Positions 1 to 11,445 of a stretch of 64,000 nucleotides of DNA are shown piece by piece; the first letter of the stretch is position 1; the number at the start of each line of letters is the position of its first letter. A program made the position numbers and the translations under genes. This DNA comes from Eledone cirrhosa (lineage: Eukaryota). Under the pieces are notes generated by a model. It searched no databases, was not told the DNA's origin, and saw nothing but the letters and a program-made list of their open reading frames with translations. Location of the stretch: NCBI GenBank assembly GCA_964016885.1, contig CAXHJY010000437.1, forward strand, positions 1-64,000, read 5' to 3'.

Positions 1-315
1 CATCCACACGACCCCTTCAATGTAAAGTTATGTTGGTGTCACAACATCCAGCCCGAAACAAAAGAGGTCGTGTAGGTGTCACGACAAAAAAAACAGTCCA
101 CGCTGTAATGTGGCCGTGTAGGCAACACGGTAAAAACCTCCCAGTTCCACACTGTAAATGTGGTTGGTGTTAGGAAGGGCATCCAACCGTAGAAAACCCA
201 CCAGACAGTCCTATGCGAGCAAGACAACCACTCTTGCTTCAAGTGGGAAAACCCCCGTCCAAACCCATGCAAGCGTGGAATATGGACGTTAAACGATGAT
301 GATGATGATGATGAT
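1..315 (+). mobile_element. RTE-clade LINE family A, 3' UTR and (GAT)n tail (runs off the left edge)
   Basis: Matches the UTR that follows the RT ORF at ~4290-4610; ends ...cccatgcaagcgtggaatatggacgttaaac(gat)n. Confidence 0.85.
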
Positions 316-327
316 ATATATTATATA

Positions 328-388
328 GATCCGTTAAGGGTGAAAGCAGCGATTCTTTGCTTAAACTTTAATCTGTTATTTAATAAAT
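328..388 (+). mobile_element. Internal fragment of the Helitron-like element, opposite orientation to the copies at 7016-9855
   Basis: Reverse complement of ~9420-9479 (ttaaaataacagattaaagtttaagcaaagaatcgctgctttcacccttaacgg). Confidence 0.7.
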
Positions 389-523
389 ATATATTATATA
401 TATATATTATATATTATATATATATATATATTATATATATATATTATATATATATATATATTATATATATATATTATATATATATATTATATATATATAT
501 ATTATATATATATATATTATATA

Positions 524-566
<43 letters not shown>

Positions 567-1121
567 ATATTATATATATATATATTATATATATATATAA
601 TTATATATATATATAATAATATATATATAATAATATATATATAATAATATATATATATAATATATATATATATATTATATATATATATTATATATATATA
701 TATATTATATATATATATTATATATATATATATTATATATATATATATATTATATATATATATTATATATATATATTACATATATATATATATTATATAT
801 ATATATTATATATATATATATTATATATATATATTATATATATATATATATATTATATATATATATTATATATATATATATTATATATATATATATATTA
901 TATATATATATTATATATATATATATATTATATATATATATTATATATATATATATTATATATATATTATATATATATTATATATATATATTATATATAT
1001 ATATATTATATATATATATATTATATATATATATAATTATATATATATATAATATACATATATAATATATATATATATATATATAATATATATATATATA
1101 ATATATGTATATAATATATAT
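389..1121. repeat. (TA)n / (TATTATA..)n microsatellite
   Basis: Direct inspection; the ORF at 340-600 is its translation. Confidence 0.95.
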
Positions 1122-1189
1122 GAAAGGCACACAGCAGTCAACTTGTTGCTACCAAGATGAAAACTACTATGAAATCCCACAATGAATTT

Positions 1190-1562
1190 TCATCATCATC
1201 ATCATCATCATCACCGTTTTACGTCCGTTCTTCCACGCTAGCATGGGTTAGACGGGTTGTCCTGTTGTGGGCAGTGTCTGGTCGGCTGACCATGCCTTGC
1301 TCATACAGGAACTGATCTGGCTTGATTTCTACAGCTGGATGCCCTTCCTAACACCAACCTCATTTACAGTGAGTGCTGGGTGCTTTTTCGTGGCGCCTAC
1401 ACGTCCACTTTACAGTGTGGGCTGGGTGCTTTTTTGCCGTGGCACCTCCACGACCACCTTGCGGTGGGGGGGGGGGGCATATTGTTTATATGCTTCAGCA
1501 TGTACCCATGGGAGGTCGGGTACCCTGTATTACTGCGTGACGCCAGAAGTCACGGTCGTGTG
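1190..1562 (-). mobile_element. RTE LINE family B, 3' end
   Basis: Nearly identical to 36520-36888, which continues into an RTE ORF; (CAT)n tail on + strand. Confidence 0.85.
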
Positions 1563-1631
1563 TTTTTATACTTGAATTTTCAATTCTCAAATTTTAACTC
1601 TTCGTATTATTAATTTTTCTTAATATTAATC

Positions 1632-1679
1632 AACATTTGAAAAGATGGCTTTTGCAGACCCATCGAAACCGGTCATTTT
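1632..1679 (+). ncRNA. Degenerate minimal type I hammerhead ribozyme motif
   Basis: aacat-TTGAAAA-gatgg(cttttgcagac)ccatc-GAAAC-cg-GTC-atttt; 5-bp stem II and GAAAC..GTC intact, CUGANGA box mutated. Confidence 0.5.
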
Positions 1680-1801
1680 TATACCCTTTATTATTTCTTT
1701 ACCTTATAAAATTATGTTTTTTCACAAAAAAGTATTCTGTCTCTTATATATTCCATGTGCCATTACCAACCCCAATTTTCTCTATAATATATTATATATA
1801 T

Positions 1802-1835
<34 letters not shown>

Positions 1836-1873
1836 ATACTATATATATATATATATTATATATATATGTATTA

Positions 1874-4610
1874 TAAACACTATATCCCTCCCCCATGAAG
1901 AATGCACCTCCCAACATAGACTGATAATTAGCGACCTCATAGTCAGGACGAGACGTACTCGACAGCAGAAGAGGACTATCCTCAGGAGGAAAATATGGAA
2001 ATTAAAGGACCCCACAGCCAGAAATAAATTTCAAAGCATATTACTTGATGCTTTCGACAGTAAGGAAGAGCATCTAGAATCGGACAATATAGAGGGACAG
2101 TGGAATTTCTGAAAGCAAACTTGCTGTTGGCGACAGACGAAGTCTGTGGCTGGAGCAGGCCTGTAGGCAGGAGGAGAGTAACATGGTGGTGGAACAGTAG
2201 GGTGGAGGGGTCAATTAAGGCCAAAAAGCAGGCTTGGAAAGTATGGCGGGATGGGGGAAGTAGAGTAGACTATCAAGTGGCCAGGAGGGAAGCTAGGAGA
2301 GAAGTGTACTTAGCAAGAAGGGAAGCTGAGGAAAGAAAGTTCAAGCATGTTCTACAACGCGATGACCAAAAACGTGAGGTGTTCAGGATTGCTAGGCAAT
2401 GCGTCAAGGAAAACCGTGATATTGTCGGGGAGAAGTGTGTACTTAACGATGATGGCATACTTGCCATCACCGACACTGATAAGAAGGTAGCTTGGAAGTG
2501 TCACTATGAAAGGCTACTAAATGAGGATAACAAATGGGAGAAAGACAGTCTCCCCCATATCGACCCAATAGAGGGACCAGCAGTGTTAGTCGAGGGGAGT
2601 ATAATAAGTAAGGCAATCAAGGATATGAAGACGGGTAAGGCGGCTGGGCCTTCGGAAATAGTTGCTGAGATGCTGAAGGCATCTGGCACGGTGGGACACA
2701 CCATGGTCACCCGCATAGTTAACCAAGTCGTACAGAATGGGGTTGTTCCGAAGGACTGGCATAGCAGCATCATCGTTAACTGTTATAAGGGTAAAGGAGA
2801 CGCCCTAGATAGGAGTAACTATAGAGGCATTAAATTAATCGACCAGGTCATGAAGGTCACGGAAAAAGTAATAGCGCAACTAATCAGAGAGAGAATTGAC
2901 CTAGATGAAATGCAGTTCGGGTTTGTGTCGGGCAAAAGCACCACAGACGCTCTTTTCATAGTACGACAACTACAGGAGAAGTACCTAGCTAAAGGTAAAC
3001 CCCTCTACTTAGCTTTTGTCGACCTGGAGAAAGCCTTCGACAGAGTCCCCCGCTCCATTATCTGGTGGGCTCTTAGAAAACTAGGCGTTGACGAATGGCT
3101 TGTGAGGGCTATACAAGCCATGTATAAAGAAACAGTCAGCAAGGTTAGAATTAACAACGAATATAGTGAAGAGTTTAGCGTAAAAGTTGGCGTCCATCAG
3201 GGCTCTGTTCTCAGCCCCCTACTATTTATTATCGCCCTTCAGGCTATAACAGAGGAGTTCAAGACAGGCTGCCCATGGGAACTCCTATACGCAGACGACC
3301 TGACACTCATAGCGGAATCAATGGCCGAGCTAGAGAAGAAATTCCAAACATGGAAGCACGGCCTAGAGTCAAAAGGACTTAAAATTAACCTGGCTAAGAC
3401 CAAAGTTCTAGTTTGTAGGAAAGAAAACAAGGCGGCGGTCCCTTCTGGGAAATGGTCGTGCTCGGTGTGTAGGAAAGGCGTAGGTAGAAACTCCATTTTA
3501 TGTCCTAAATGCAAAGTATGGGTGCATAAAAGATGTAGTGGGATCACAGGTAAGCTAACTAAGAACATAGATTTTACATGTGGCCGGTGTTCTGGTGCAA
3601 TAAGTAGCAGCAAGTGCCCACAAAATACTAGCTTTTTCAATTGCGCAGAGGGTTCTATAGAAATAGTGGACAGCTTCCGTTACCTGGGCGATAAAATCAG
3701 CAGTGGGGGAGGGTGCTCTGGAAGTACTGTAGCTAGAGTCAGAACTGGTTGGAAAAAGTTCAGAGAGCTTAAACCACTATTAGCTGCTAAAGGGTTCTCC
3801 CTAAAAATGAAAGGCAGGTTGTACGATGCCTGCATACGAACAGCAATGTTGCATGGTAGTGAGACCTGGGCATTGTGTGCAGAGGATATACGCAGACTAG
3901 AGAGGAACGAAGCTTGCATGCTCCGCTGGATGTGTAACAGTAATATACGTGAACGGCAAAGCATAAACGAACTAAGGAAAAAATTAGAGATAAGAGGGAT
4001 CAGATGTTGTTTACTCGAGAGAAGGCTGCGTTGGTATGGACACGTGATGCGCATGAAAGTCGATAGCTGTATAACAAAGTGCAGGGCAATGAAGATAGAC
4101 GGTAGCCACGGAATAGGCAGACCTAGAAAAACCTGGGATGAGCTGATAAACTCCGACCTCACACACTTACACCTCTCCAAGACAATGTCACTGGACCGAG
4201 ACCTTTGGCGGTACTCAGTAACAGAGAAGACCCGCCTTGCCAGTAGGCATCTCTAACAAAATACACCCCGTCCCGCCACCACCCCCACCCCATCCACACC
4301 ACCCCGTTCTATGTAAAGTTATGTTGGTGCCGCGCCATCGAGGCCGAAACAAATGAGATCGTGTAGGTGTCACGACAAAAAAACACACAGTCCACGCTGT
4401 AATGTGGCCGTGTAGGCAACACGGTAAAAACCTCCCAGACCCACACTGTAAATGTGGTTGGTGTTAGGAAGGGCATCCAACTGTAGAAAACCTGCCAGAC
4501 AGTCCTATGCGAGCAAGACAATCACTCTTGCCTCAAGTGGGACTACCCCCGTCCAAACCCATGCAAGCATGGAACACGGACGTTAAACGTTGATGATGAT
4601 GATGATGATG
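1874..4610 (+). mobile_element. RTE-clade non-LTR retrotransposon family A, 5'-truncated within the APE endonuclease
   Basis: End of APE domain ([10 protein letters not shown]), frameshift near 2100, RT ORF, ~340-bp 3' UTR, (GAT)n tail. Confidence 0.92.
2100..4256 (+). CDS. RTE ORF: reverse transcriptase with internal PHD finger and RTE C-terminus
   Basis: NYRGIKL, QFGF, FVDLEKAFD, GVHQGSVLSPLLF, YADD, GLKINLAKTK, FRYLG, RRLRWYGHVMR, GRPRKTW; C4HC3 motif at 3459-3590. Confidence 0.9.
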   Translation: MEFLKANLLLATDEVCGWSRPVGRRRVTWWWNSRVEGSIKAKKQAWKVWRDGGSRVDYQVARREARREVYLARREAEERKFKHVLQRDDQKREVFRIARQCVKENRDIVGEKCVLNDDGILAITDTDKKVAWKCHYERLLNEDNKWEKDSLPHIDPIEGPAVLVEGSIISKAIKDMKTGKAAGPSEIVAEMLKASGTVGHTMVTRIVNQVVQNGVVPKDWHSSIIVNCYKGKGDALDRSNYRGIKLIDQVMKVTEKVIAQLIRERIDLDEMQFGFVSGKSTTDALFIVRQLQEKYLAKGKPLYLAFVDLEKAFDRVPRSIIWWALRKLGVDEWLVRAIQAMYKETVSKVRINNEYSEEFSVKVGVHQGSVLSPLLFIIALQAITEEFKTGCPWELLYADDLTLIAESMAELEKKFQTWKHGLESKGLKINLAKTKVLVCRKENKAAVPSGKWSCSVCRKGVGRNSILCPKCKVWVHKRCSGITGKLTKNIDFTCGRCSGAISSSKCPQNTSFFNCAEGSIEIVDSFRYLGDKISSGGGCSGSTVARVRTGWKKFRELKPLLAAKGFSLKMKGRLYDACIRTAMLHGSETWALCAEDIRRLERNEACMLRWMCNSNIRERQSINELRKKLEIRGIRCCLLERRLRWYGHVMRMKVDSCITKCRAMKIDGSHGIGRPRKTWDELINSDLTHLHLSKTMSLDRDLWRYSVTEKTRLASRHL

Positions 4611-5840
4611 ATATATATATATATATTATATATATATATATATTTTATATATATATGTATTATATATTATATATATATGTATTATATATTATATATATAT
4701 GTATTATATATTATATATATGTATTATATATTATATATATATGTATTATATATTATATATATATGTATTGTATATTATATATATGTATTGTATATTATAT
4801 ATATGTATTATATATTATATATATATATTATATATATATATATATATATATGTATATTATATATATGTATTATATATTATATATATATATTATATATATA
4901 TATATATATATGTATATAATATATATATATAATATATAATACATATATATAATATACATATATATATATATATATATATAATATATATATATAATATACC
5001 GTCTAACCCATGCTAGCGTGGAAGAACGGACGTAAAACGGTGATGATGATGATGATGATGATATGTATATATATATATTATATATATATATTATATATAT
5101 ATATATTATATATATTATATATATGCATTATATATTATATATATATTATATATTATATATATATGTATTATATATTATATATATATATATTATATATTAT
5201 ATATATATGTATTATATATTATATATATATATATTATATATTATATATATATGTATTATATATTATATATATATGTATTATATATTATATATATATATAT
5301 TATATATATGCATTATATATTATATATATATGCATTATATATTATATATATATGCATTATATATTATATATATATGCATTATATATTATATATATATGCA
5401 TTATATATTATATATATATATGCATTATATATTATATATATATATGCATTATATATTATATATATATGCATTATATATTATATATATATGCATTATATAT
5501 TATATATATATGCATTATATATTATATATATATATGCATTATATATTATATATATATATGCATTATATATTATATATATATATGCATTATATATTATATA
5601 TATATGCATTATATATTATATATATATGCATTATATATTATATATATATATGCATTATATATTATATATATATGCATTATATATTATATATATATGCATT
5701 ATATATTATATATATATATGCATTATATATTATATATATATATGCATTATATATTATATATATATGCATTATATATTATATATATATGCATTATATATTA
5801 TATATATATGCATTATATATATATTATATGTATTATATAT
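4611..5840. repeat. TA-rich microsatellite containing a ~22-24 bp higher-order unit (tatatgcattatatattatata) and a ~60-bp RTE tail at ~4998-5060
   Basis: Direct inspection. Confidence 0.9.
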
Positions 5841-6030
5841 AGGCGGTGGATTGGCAGTATCGGTAGTGGGTCGGACGCCATGCTTTCCAGCATAGTTACG
5901 TCCCTTTACGATCTGAGTTCAAATCCCGCCGAGGTTGACTTTGCCTTGCATCCTTACGGTGACGATAAAATAAAGTACCAATAATGCACTGGGTAATTGC
6001 TGTCCTTGTGCCTAAAGTAGAATCAATTAT
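5841..6030 (+). mobile_element. tRNA-derived SINE family 1
   Basis: A-box-like tggcagtatcggtag, B-box gagttcaaatccc, central ctttgcc(t)ttcatccttacggggtcgataaaataaagtaccag, (ATT) end; more than 10 copies in the window. Confidence 0.85.
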
Positions 6031-6081
6031 ATATATATTTTATGTATTATATATATATTATATATATAATATATATATATA

Positions 6082-6370
6082 TCAGTTCTTGCATGAGCAA
6101 GACAAGGTCAGCCGACCGGACACTGCCCACAAGACAACCCGTCTAACTCATGCTAGCATGGAAGTACGGACTTAAAACGGTGATGATGATGATATTATAT
6201 ACATATATTATATATATTATACATATAATATATATAACATATATATTATATATATTATATTATATGGACGTTAAACGAAGATGATGATGATGATTATATA
6301 TATAATATATTATATATATAACCCATGCTAGCGTGGAAGATAGACGTTAAATGATGATGATGATGATGAT
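6082..6370 (+). mobile_element. Cluster of three very short RTE 3'-terminal fragments with (GAT)n tails
   Basis: acccgtctaac.catgctagc.tggaag..ggac.taaa(gat)n repeated in TA tract. Confidence 0.7.
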
Positions 6371-6521
6371 AATATATATATTATATATATATGTATATTA
6401 TATATATTATATATTATATATTATATATATATATTACATATATAATATATATATATTATATGTATATATGTATGTATATTTTATATATATGTATATTATA
6501 TGTATATTATATGTATATTCA

Positions 6522-6632
6522 TATCCCGCCGAGGTTAACTTTGCCTTTCATCCTTAAGAGGGTCGATAAAATAAAGTACCAGTAATGTACTGGGATAATT
6601 GCTGGTCTTGTGCCACAAGTAGAAACAATTAT
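6522..6632 (+). mobile_element. SINE family 1, 5'-truncated
   Basis: Matches the 3' half of 5841-6030. Confidence 0.8.
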
Positions 6633-7163
6633 ATATATTATATGTATATTATATATATATAATATATATATAACATATATAATATATATATAACATATAT
6701 AATATATATATAACATATATATTATATATATAATATATATATAACATATATAATATATATATAACATATATAATATATATAATATATATATTACATATAT
6801 ATGTTACATATATGTTTCTTCATTAGCCACAGGGGCACAAAAGAAGGGGACAAATACAAAGGGAGAAGTTTACATATATAATATATATAATATATATTTC
6901 TTCATCATCACCATATAATATCCTGCTGGTACGGGTTAGGCGAGTTATCCTGTTGTGAGCAATGCTAGGTCAGGTGACCATGTCATGCTCATATTGAACC
7001 GATTTTATATATATACTAGCAGAATGGCCCGGCGCTGCTCGGGATTTGCTGTAGGGTTCTTATATATTTGATATATATTTATCCTTATCGAGCCTCGTCA
7101 AATATATACGTTCATTTATATTTTGTTATTGTAGTATGCAAAAAATATCTGTACACGAATATA

Positions 7164-7210
<47 letters not shown>

Positions 7211-7514
7211 CAGTACAGAGAAGTATGGAATACATCAGCCTCGGGATGGTGTCTACATTTTGTGCTTATAAAATAAATTTGTTGTAGATTACCAGGGGTT
7301 TTTTCTGTGCGAAGAAAATCAATACTTTATCGTGAAATAAATACTTTTGTTTATATTTTGTTATTGTGTATGCACAAATATCTGTACACGAATATATAAT
7401 TATATATATACATATATATATAAAAAAATATATAAGAAAATAAAAATAAAAATAAAGCTATAAAGGGACGTGTTGACAACAAAAGGTCGGAGGGGGGGGG
7501 GGGGATATAATTAA

Positions 7515-7696
7515 ATAATTGTTTCTACTTTAGGCACAAGGCCAGCAATTACCCAGTACATTACTGGTACTTTATTTTATCGACCCTGTAAGGATGAAAG
7601 GCAAAGTTAACCTCGGCGGGATTTGAACTCACACTGTAAAGGGACGTAACTATTTTAGAAAATATGGCGTCCAACCCTCTACCGATACTGCCAATT
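7515..7696 (-). mobile_element. SINE family 1
   Basis: Reverse complement of 5841-6030. Confidence 0.85.
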
Positions 7697-7736
7697 CAAT
7701 ACAAAGAACGTATAAAAACATACAGACGATATGTAT

Positions 7737-8690
7737 ATCATCATCATCGTTTAACGTCCATATTCCACGCTTGCATGGGTTTGGACGGGAGTTTTCCCAC
7801 TTGAGGCAAGAGTGGTTGTCTTGCTCGCATAGGACTGTCTGGCGAGTTTTCTACGGCTGGATGCCCTTCCTAACACCAACCACATTTACAGTGTGGAACT
7901 GGGAGGTTTTTACCGTGTTACCTACACGGCCACATTACAGCGTGGACTGTGTGTTTTTTTGTCGTGACACCTACACGACCGCATTTGTTTCGGGCTGGAT
8001 GTTGTGGTACCAACATAACTTTACATTTAAAGGGGTGGTGTAGATGGGGTGGGGGTAGTGGGACGGGGGTGTATTTTGTTAGAGGTGCCTAGGTTTCACT
8101 TTGTACTTAGGTAAGGCGGGTCTTCTCTATTACTGTGTAGCGCCAAAGATCTCGGTCCAGTGACATTGTCTTGGAGAGGTGTAAGTGTGTGAGGTCGGAA
8201 TTTATCAAGTCGTCCCAGGTTTTTCTGGGTCTGCCTACTCAGTGGCTACCGTCTATTTTTATTGCCCTGCACTTTGTTATACAGCTGTCGTCTTTCATGC
8301 GCATCACGTGACCATACCAACATAGTCTTCTTTCGAGTAAACATCTGATCCCTCTTATTTCTAATTTTTCCCTTAGTTCGTTTATGCTTTGCCGTTCACG
8401 TATATTACTATTACACATCCAGCGGAGCATGCAAGCTTCGTTCCTCTCCAGTCTGTGTATATCCTCTGCACACAATGCCCAGGTCTCACTGCCATGCAAC
8501 ATTGCTGTTCGTATGCAGGCATCATACAGTCTGCCTTTCATTTTTAGCGAGAACCCTTTAGCGGCTAATAGTGGTATAAGCTCTCTGAACTTTTTCCATC
8601 CAGTTCTGACTCTAGCTACTGTACTTTCAGAGCACCCTCCCCCACTGCTGATTTTGTCACCCAGGTAACAGAAGCTGTCCACTATTTCTA
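7737..8690 (-). mobile_element. RTE family A, 5'-truncated (C-terminal ORF part + 3' UTR)
   Basis: ORF 8239-8775(-) matches the C-terminus of 2100-4256; (CAT)n at 7737. Confidence 0.9.
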
Positions 8691-8721
8691 TATATTTATA
8701 TATATATATATACATATACAA

Positions 8722-8756
<35 letters not shown>

Positions 8757-8770
8757 AAAATACACACACG

Positions 8771-8827
<57 letters not shown>

Positions 8828-8835
<8 letters not shown>

Positions 8836-8943
8836 GAGCTTCTACAGGACTAGAACTGTTTCATTCGTGAGAAATCATTAGGAAGCTTCCTGATAATTTC
8901 TCATGAATGAAAAAGTTCTAGTCCTGTAGAAGCTCTTCTATAT
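8828..8943. repeat. ~116-bp palindrome; each arm is a mutated type I hammerhead
   Basis: Centre aagctt at 8885/8886; + arm agcttc-CTGATAA-tttctcatgaat-GAAAAAG-ttctagtc-CTGTA-gaagct; - arm agcttc-CTAATGA-tttctcacgaat-GAAACAG-ttctagtc-CTGTA-gaagct. Confidence 0.8.
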
Positions 8944-9103
8944 TAAAACTTTTATACTCTGGAATGTAGTGAGTACTTTACTTACTGTGGTTACCTCCGA
9001 TTCAACCCGGAATAACTTATATATATATACATACATATCTTCTGAAACTAAAAAAAATCAATCTGTGAATGCAGAAGTAAATATTTCGAAAAACGTTACA
9101 CAC

Positions 9104-9147
<44 letters not shown>

Positions 9148-9258
9148 GCTATGTCATAATGTCGTAATGCAGACAGCCAGACATACAGACATATATTATA
9201 AGGGCGCAATGTTATATCAGTGATCGGACTGGCAGACATTCTCTGTTTTAGATATACA

Positions 9259-9855
9259 CTAGCAGAATGGCCCGGCGTTGCTCGGGATTTGATCTAGGGT
9301 TCTTATATATTTGATATATATTTATCCTTATCGAGCCTCGTGAAATAAATACGTTTGTTTATATTTTGTTATTGTGTATGCAAAGATATCTGTACACGAA
9401 TATATAGTTATATATATATATTAAAATAACAGATTAAAGTTTAAGCAAAGAATCGCTGCTTTCACCCTTAACGGGATCTTCTGAAACTAAAATAAAAAAA
9501 TCAATCTGTGAACGCAGAAGTAAATATTTCGAAAAACGTTACACACTATATATACACACACAGACACACACACAGCTACTTCATAATGTTGTAATGCAGA
9601 CAGGCAGGCATACAGACAGATATTATAAGGGCGCAATGTTATATCTATGTATCTATCTAAAATGAGAAGACTAAGAGTTATAGAGAGAGATCGCCTAATG
9701 CGGTCCCTAGGGCATTGAAAATTTGAAATTTTCTTTGCTCAAAACACTCACAGGACCATAAGTATTACGTGTGTAAAGTTTGAAAACAATCAGTTGCGTG
9801 GTTCTTGAGTTTTAGTGATCGGACAGACAGACAGACAGACATTCTCTGTTTTAGA
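9259..9855 (-). mobile_element. Non-autonomous Helitron-like element copy B (~600 bp), head-to-tail with copy A
   Basis: 5' TC followed by (gtct)n; 3' hairpin cccgagcaacgccggg followed by CTAG|T; no TSD seen. Confidence 0.75.
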
Positions 9856-10344
9856 TATATATATACTGTCATATTTTGGGAGAGTCATGTTGCCAATAAA
9901 AAAACATGCACACACCTGTTGGGTTTCATTTCAATTTATTATTATAATTTCCCAGTTGGTTATTTTAATAACTGGATGGTTATTTAGTTGTTGATTGTCA
10001 TCAAAGCTCTTTTGTCACACATTCCTCAGTGATTATTTTTGTAGTTATTTTGTGCCTCTCCTTTGTTCTATCCTACACAATCTTGTTTTTGTGAGCTATG
10101 TACTTGGACAGCTTGTGCATTATGGTTGTGTGTGTGTTTGTGTCTATATATTTTTGTTTTATTTTTTTTATATATTTATTTGTTTATTTATACATTCATT
10201 TACTTGTCACTTATTCTATCTGTGTGGGTTTGTTTTATTAGTTTAGTTCTTTTCTCTGTATGACTTGTCTTGTCCTTAGTTACTATGTTGTGTGGTTGTT
10301 GCTATTCCACTCATGTTTAGTTTTGGTTGGAGTTCGTTTATGTC

Positions 10345-10690
10345 TGTTGATTCTTGGCCATATGTTTTGCCATTGAACTTACACATATGTTCCTTAAGGA
10401 TTAGTCTTATACTGACCCCCATTACATGTGTGATCAGTTTCCTTACTTGATCATGGTTTTGAGGGGTTCATATGGCTCTATTCCAACCATTCCATTTTTC
10501 TGTGGGGGTCTTCTTGGCCACTGAGATTATGGTAGGTCAACTGCTGCTCCCTGGCCTTATGGGACAGAGGCCACTAAGATCATGTATATCTAAGTATTCC
10601 TTATCTCATGTAAATCTAAGTAGGAGTCCCAATTCACTGCTGTCAATCCAACAGAATTCTACGTCACTCTTGCTGATCATCTCCATGTAT
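10345..10690 (-). pseudogene. Decayed Penelope-like RT fragment
   Basis: Manual minus-strand translation EMISKSDVEFCWIDSSELGLLL..GLCPIRPG..EKWNGW..LILKEHMCKFNGKTYGQ resembles the PLE 'F.F.G..Y.Q' region; in-frame TGA stops. Confidence 0.5.
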
Positions 10691-11051
10691 TTGAAGATAA
10701 TAACAATGACACAGAGGTAAGTGACATGTGAAACAATGAAGGATATAGAACATTCCAAATTCAGATACATGACCAGGCCTGAACTATAGAAACAGTATGC
10801 TGTCTTAAAATTAGGCTTTCCAATAGTCTTACTCTGTTTCTTCTTGCATTGGAATTGCTAGATTGGTTGGCATGGGCAGTAGGAGCAGTGATAGTATTAT
10901 GGTGCTCTATTGTCATTGTCTTATGTTAATTACTGTTGTTTAAACAGAATCTTAATCAAAGATATTCCAACTATGACCTTCCTGTCTTTTTAGAAATCTG
11001 GGAAGCTGTATAGGATTAGAGTCTGTGATATCTGCTTTCATTATTAACAAT

Positions 11052-11235
11052 ATTGGCAGTATCGGTAGAGGGTCGGACGCCATGCTTTGAAGCATAGAGT
11101 TACCTCCCTGTATGATCTGAGTTCAAATCTCGCCGAGGTTAACTTTGCCTTTCATCCTTACGGGGTCGATAAACTAAAGTACCAGTAATGCACTGGGTAA
11201 TTGCTGGCCTTGTGCCAAAAGTAGACACAATTATT
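11052..11235 (+). mobile_element. SINE family 1
   Basis: Matches family; flanked by imperfect repeat atta(a/g)caatatt. Confidence 0.85.
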
Positions 11236-11244
11236 AGCAATATT

Positions 11245-11445
11245 AGTAGAACGTCAGACATCAAGCTTTGTAGCATATAGGTACAGCCTTTTATGTTCTG
11301 AGTTCAAATCCCACCAGGGTTAGCTTTGCCATTCATCCTTACAGGGATGATAAAATAAAGTACCAGTAACATACTGGGGATGATTTAACCGACTTTCCCC
11401 TTGCCTTCAAATTGCTGGCCATGTGCCTAAATCAGAAATCATTAT
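11245..11445 (+). mobile_element. SINE family 1, older subfamily with a longer 3' part
   Basis: gagttcaaatccc B-box and catccttac..gataaaataaagtaccag core. Confidence 0.75.

Larger units (their letters stand above)
7016..9252 (-). mobile_element. Non-autonomous Helitron-like element copy A, interrupted by a SINE, an RTE and the hammerhead palindrome
   Basis: Minus strand starts TC (tctaaaacagagaatgtctg) at 9252 and ends in a GC hairpin (cccgagcagcgccggg) then CTAG|T at 7016; segments 7016-7175 and 9037-9252 match copy B. Confidence 0.65.

Noticed and set aside
3239-4180. Antisense ORFs recurring opposite the RTE RT (also 17225-18040 and 55029-56720)
   Set aside because: They recur only because the element is repeated; no independent motif
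5290-5820. Regularly spaced gcatt units resembling a CRISPR-like array
   Set aside because: Spacers are just variable (TA)n; a minisatellite in eukaryotic context with no cas genes
5841-5930. tRNA-like A/B boxes
   Set aside because: SINE heads; no complete cloverleaf, and they continue into a repeated SINE body
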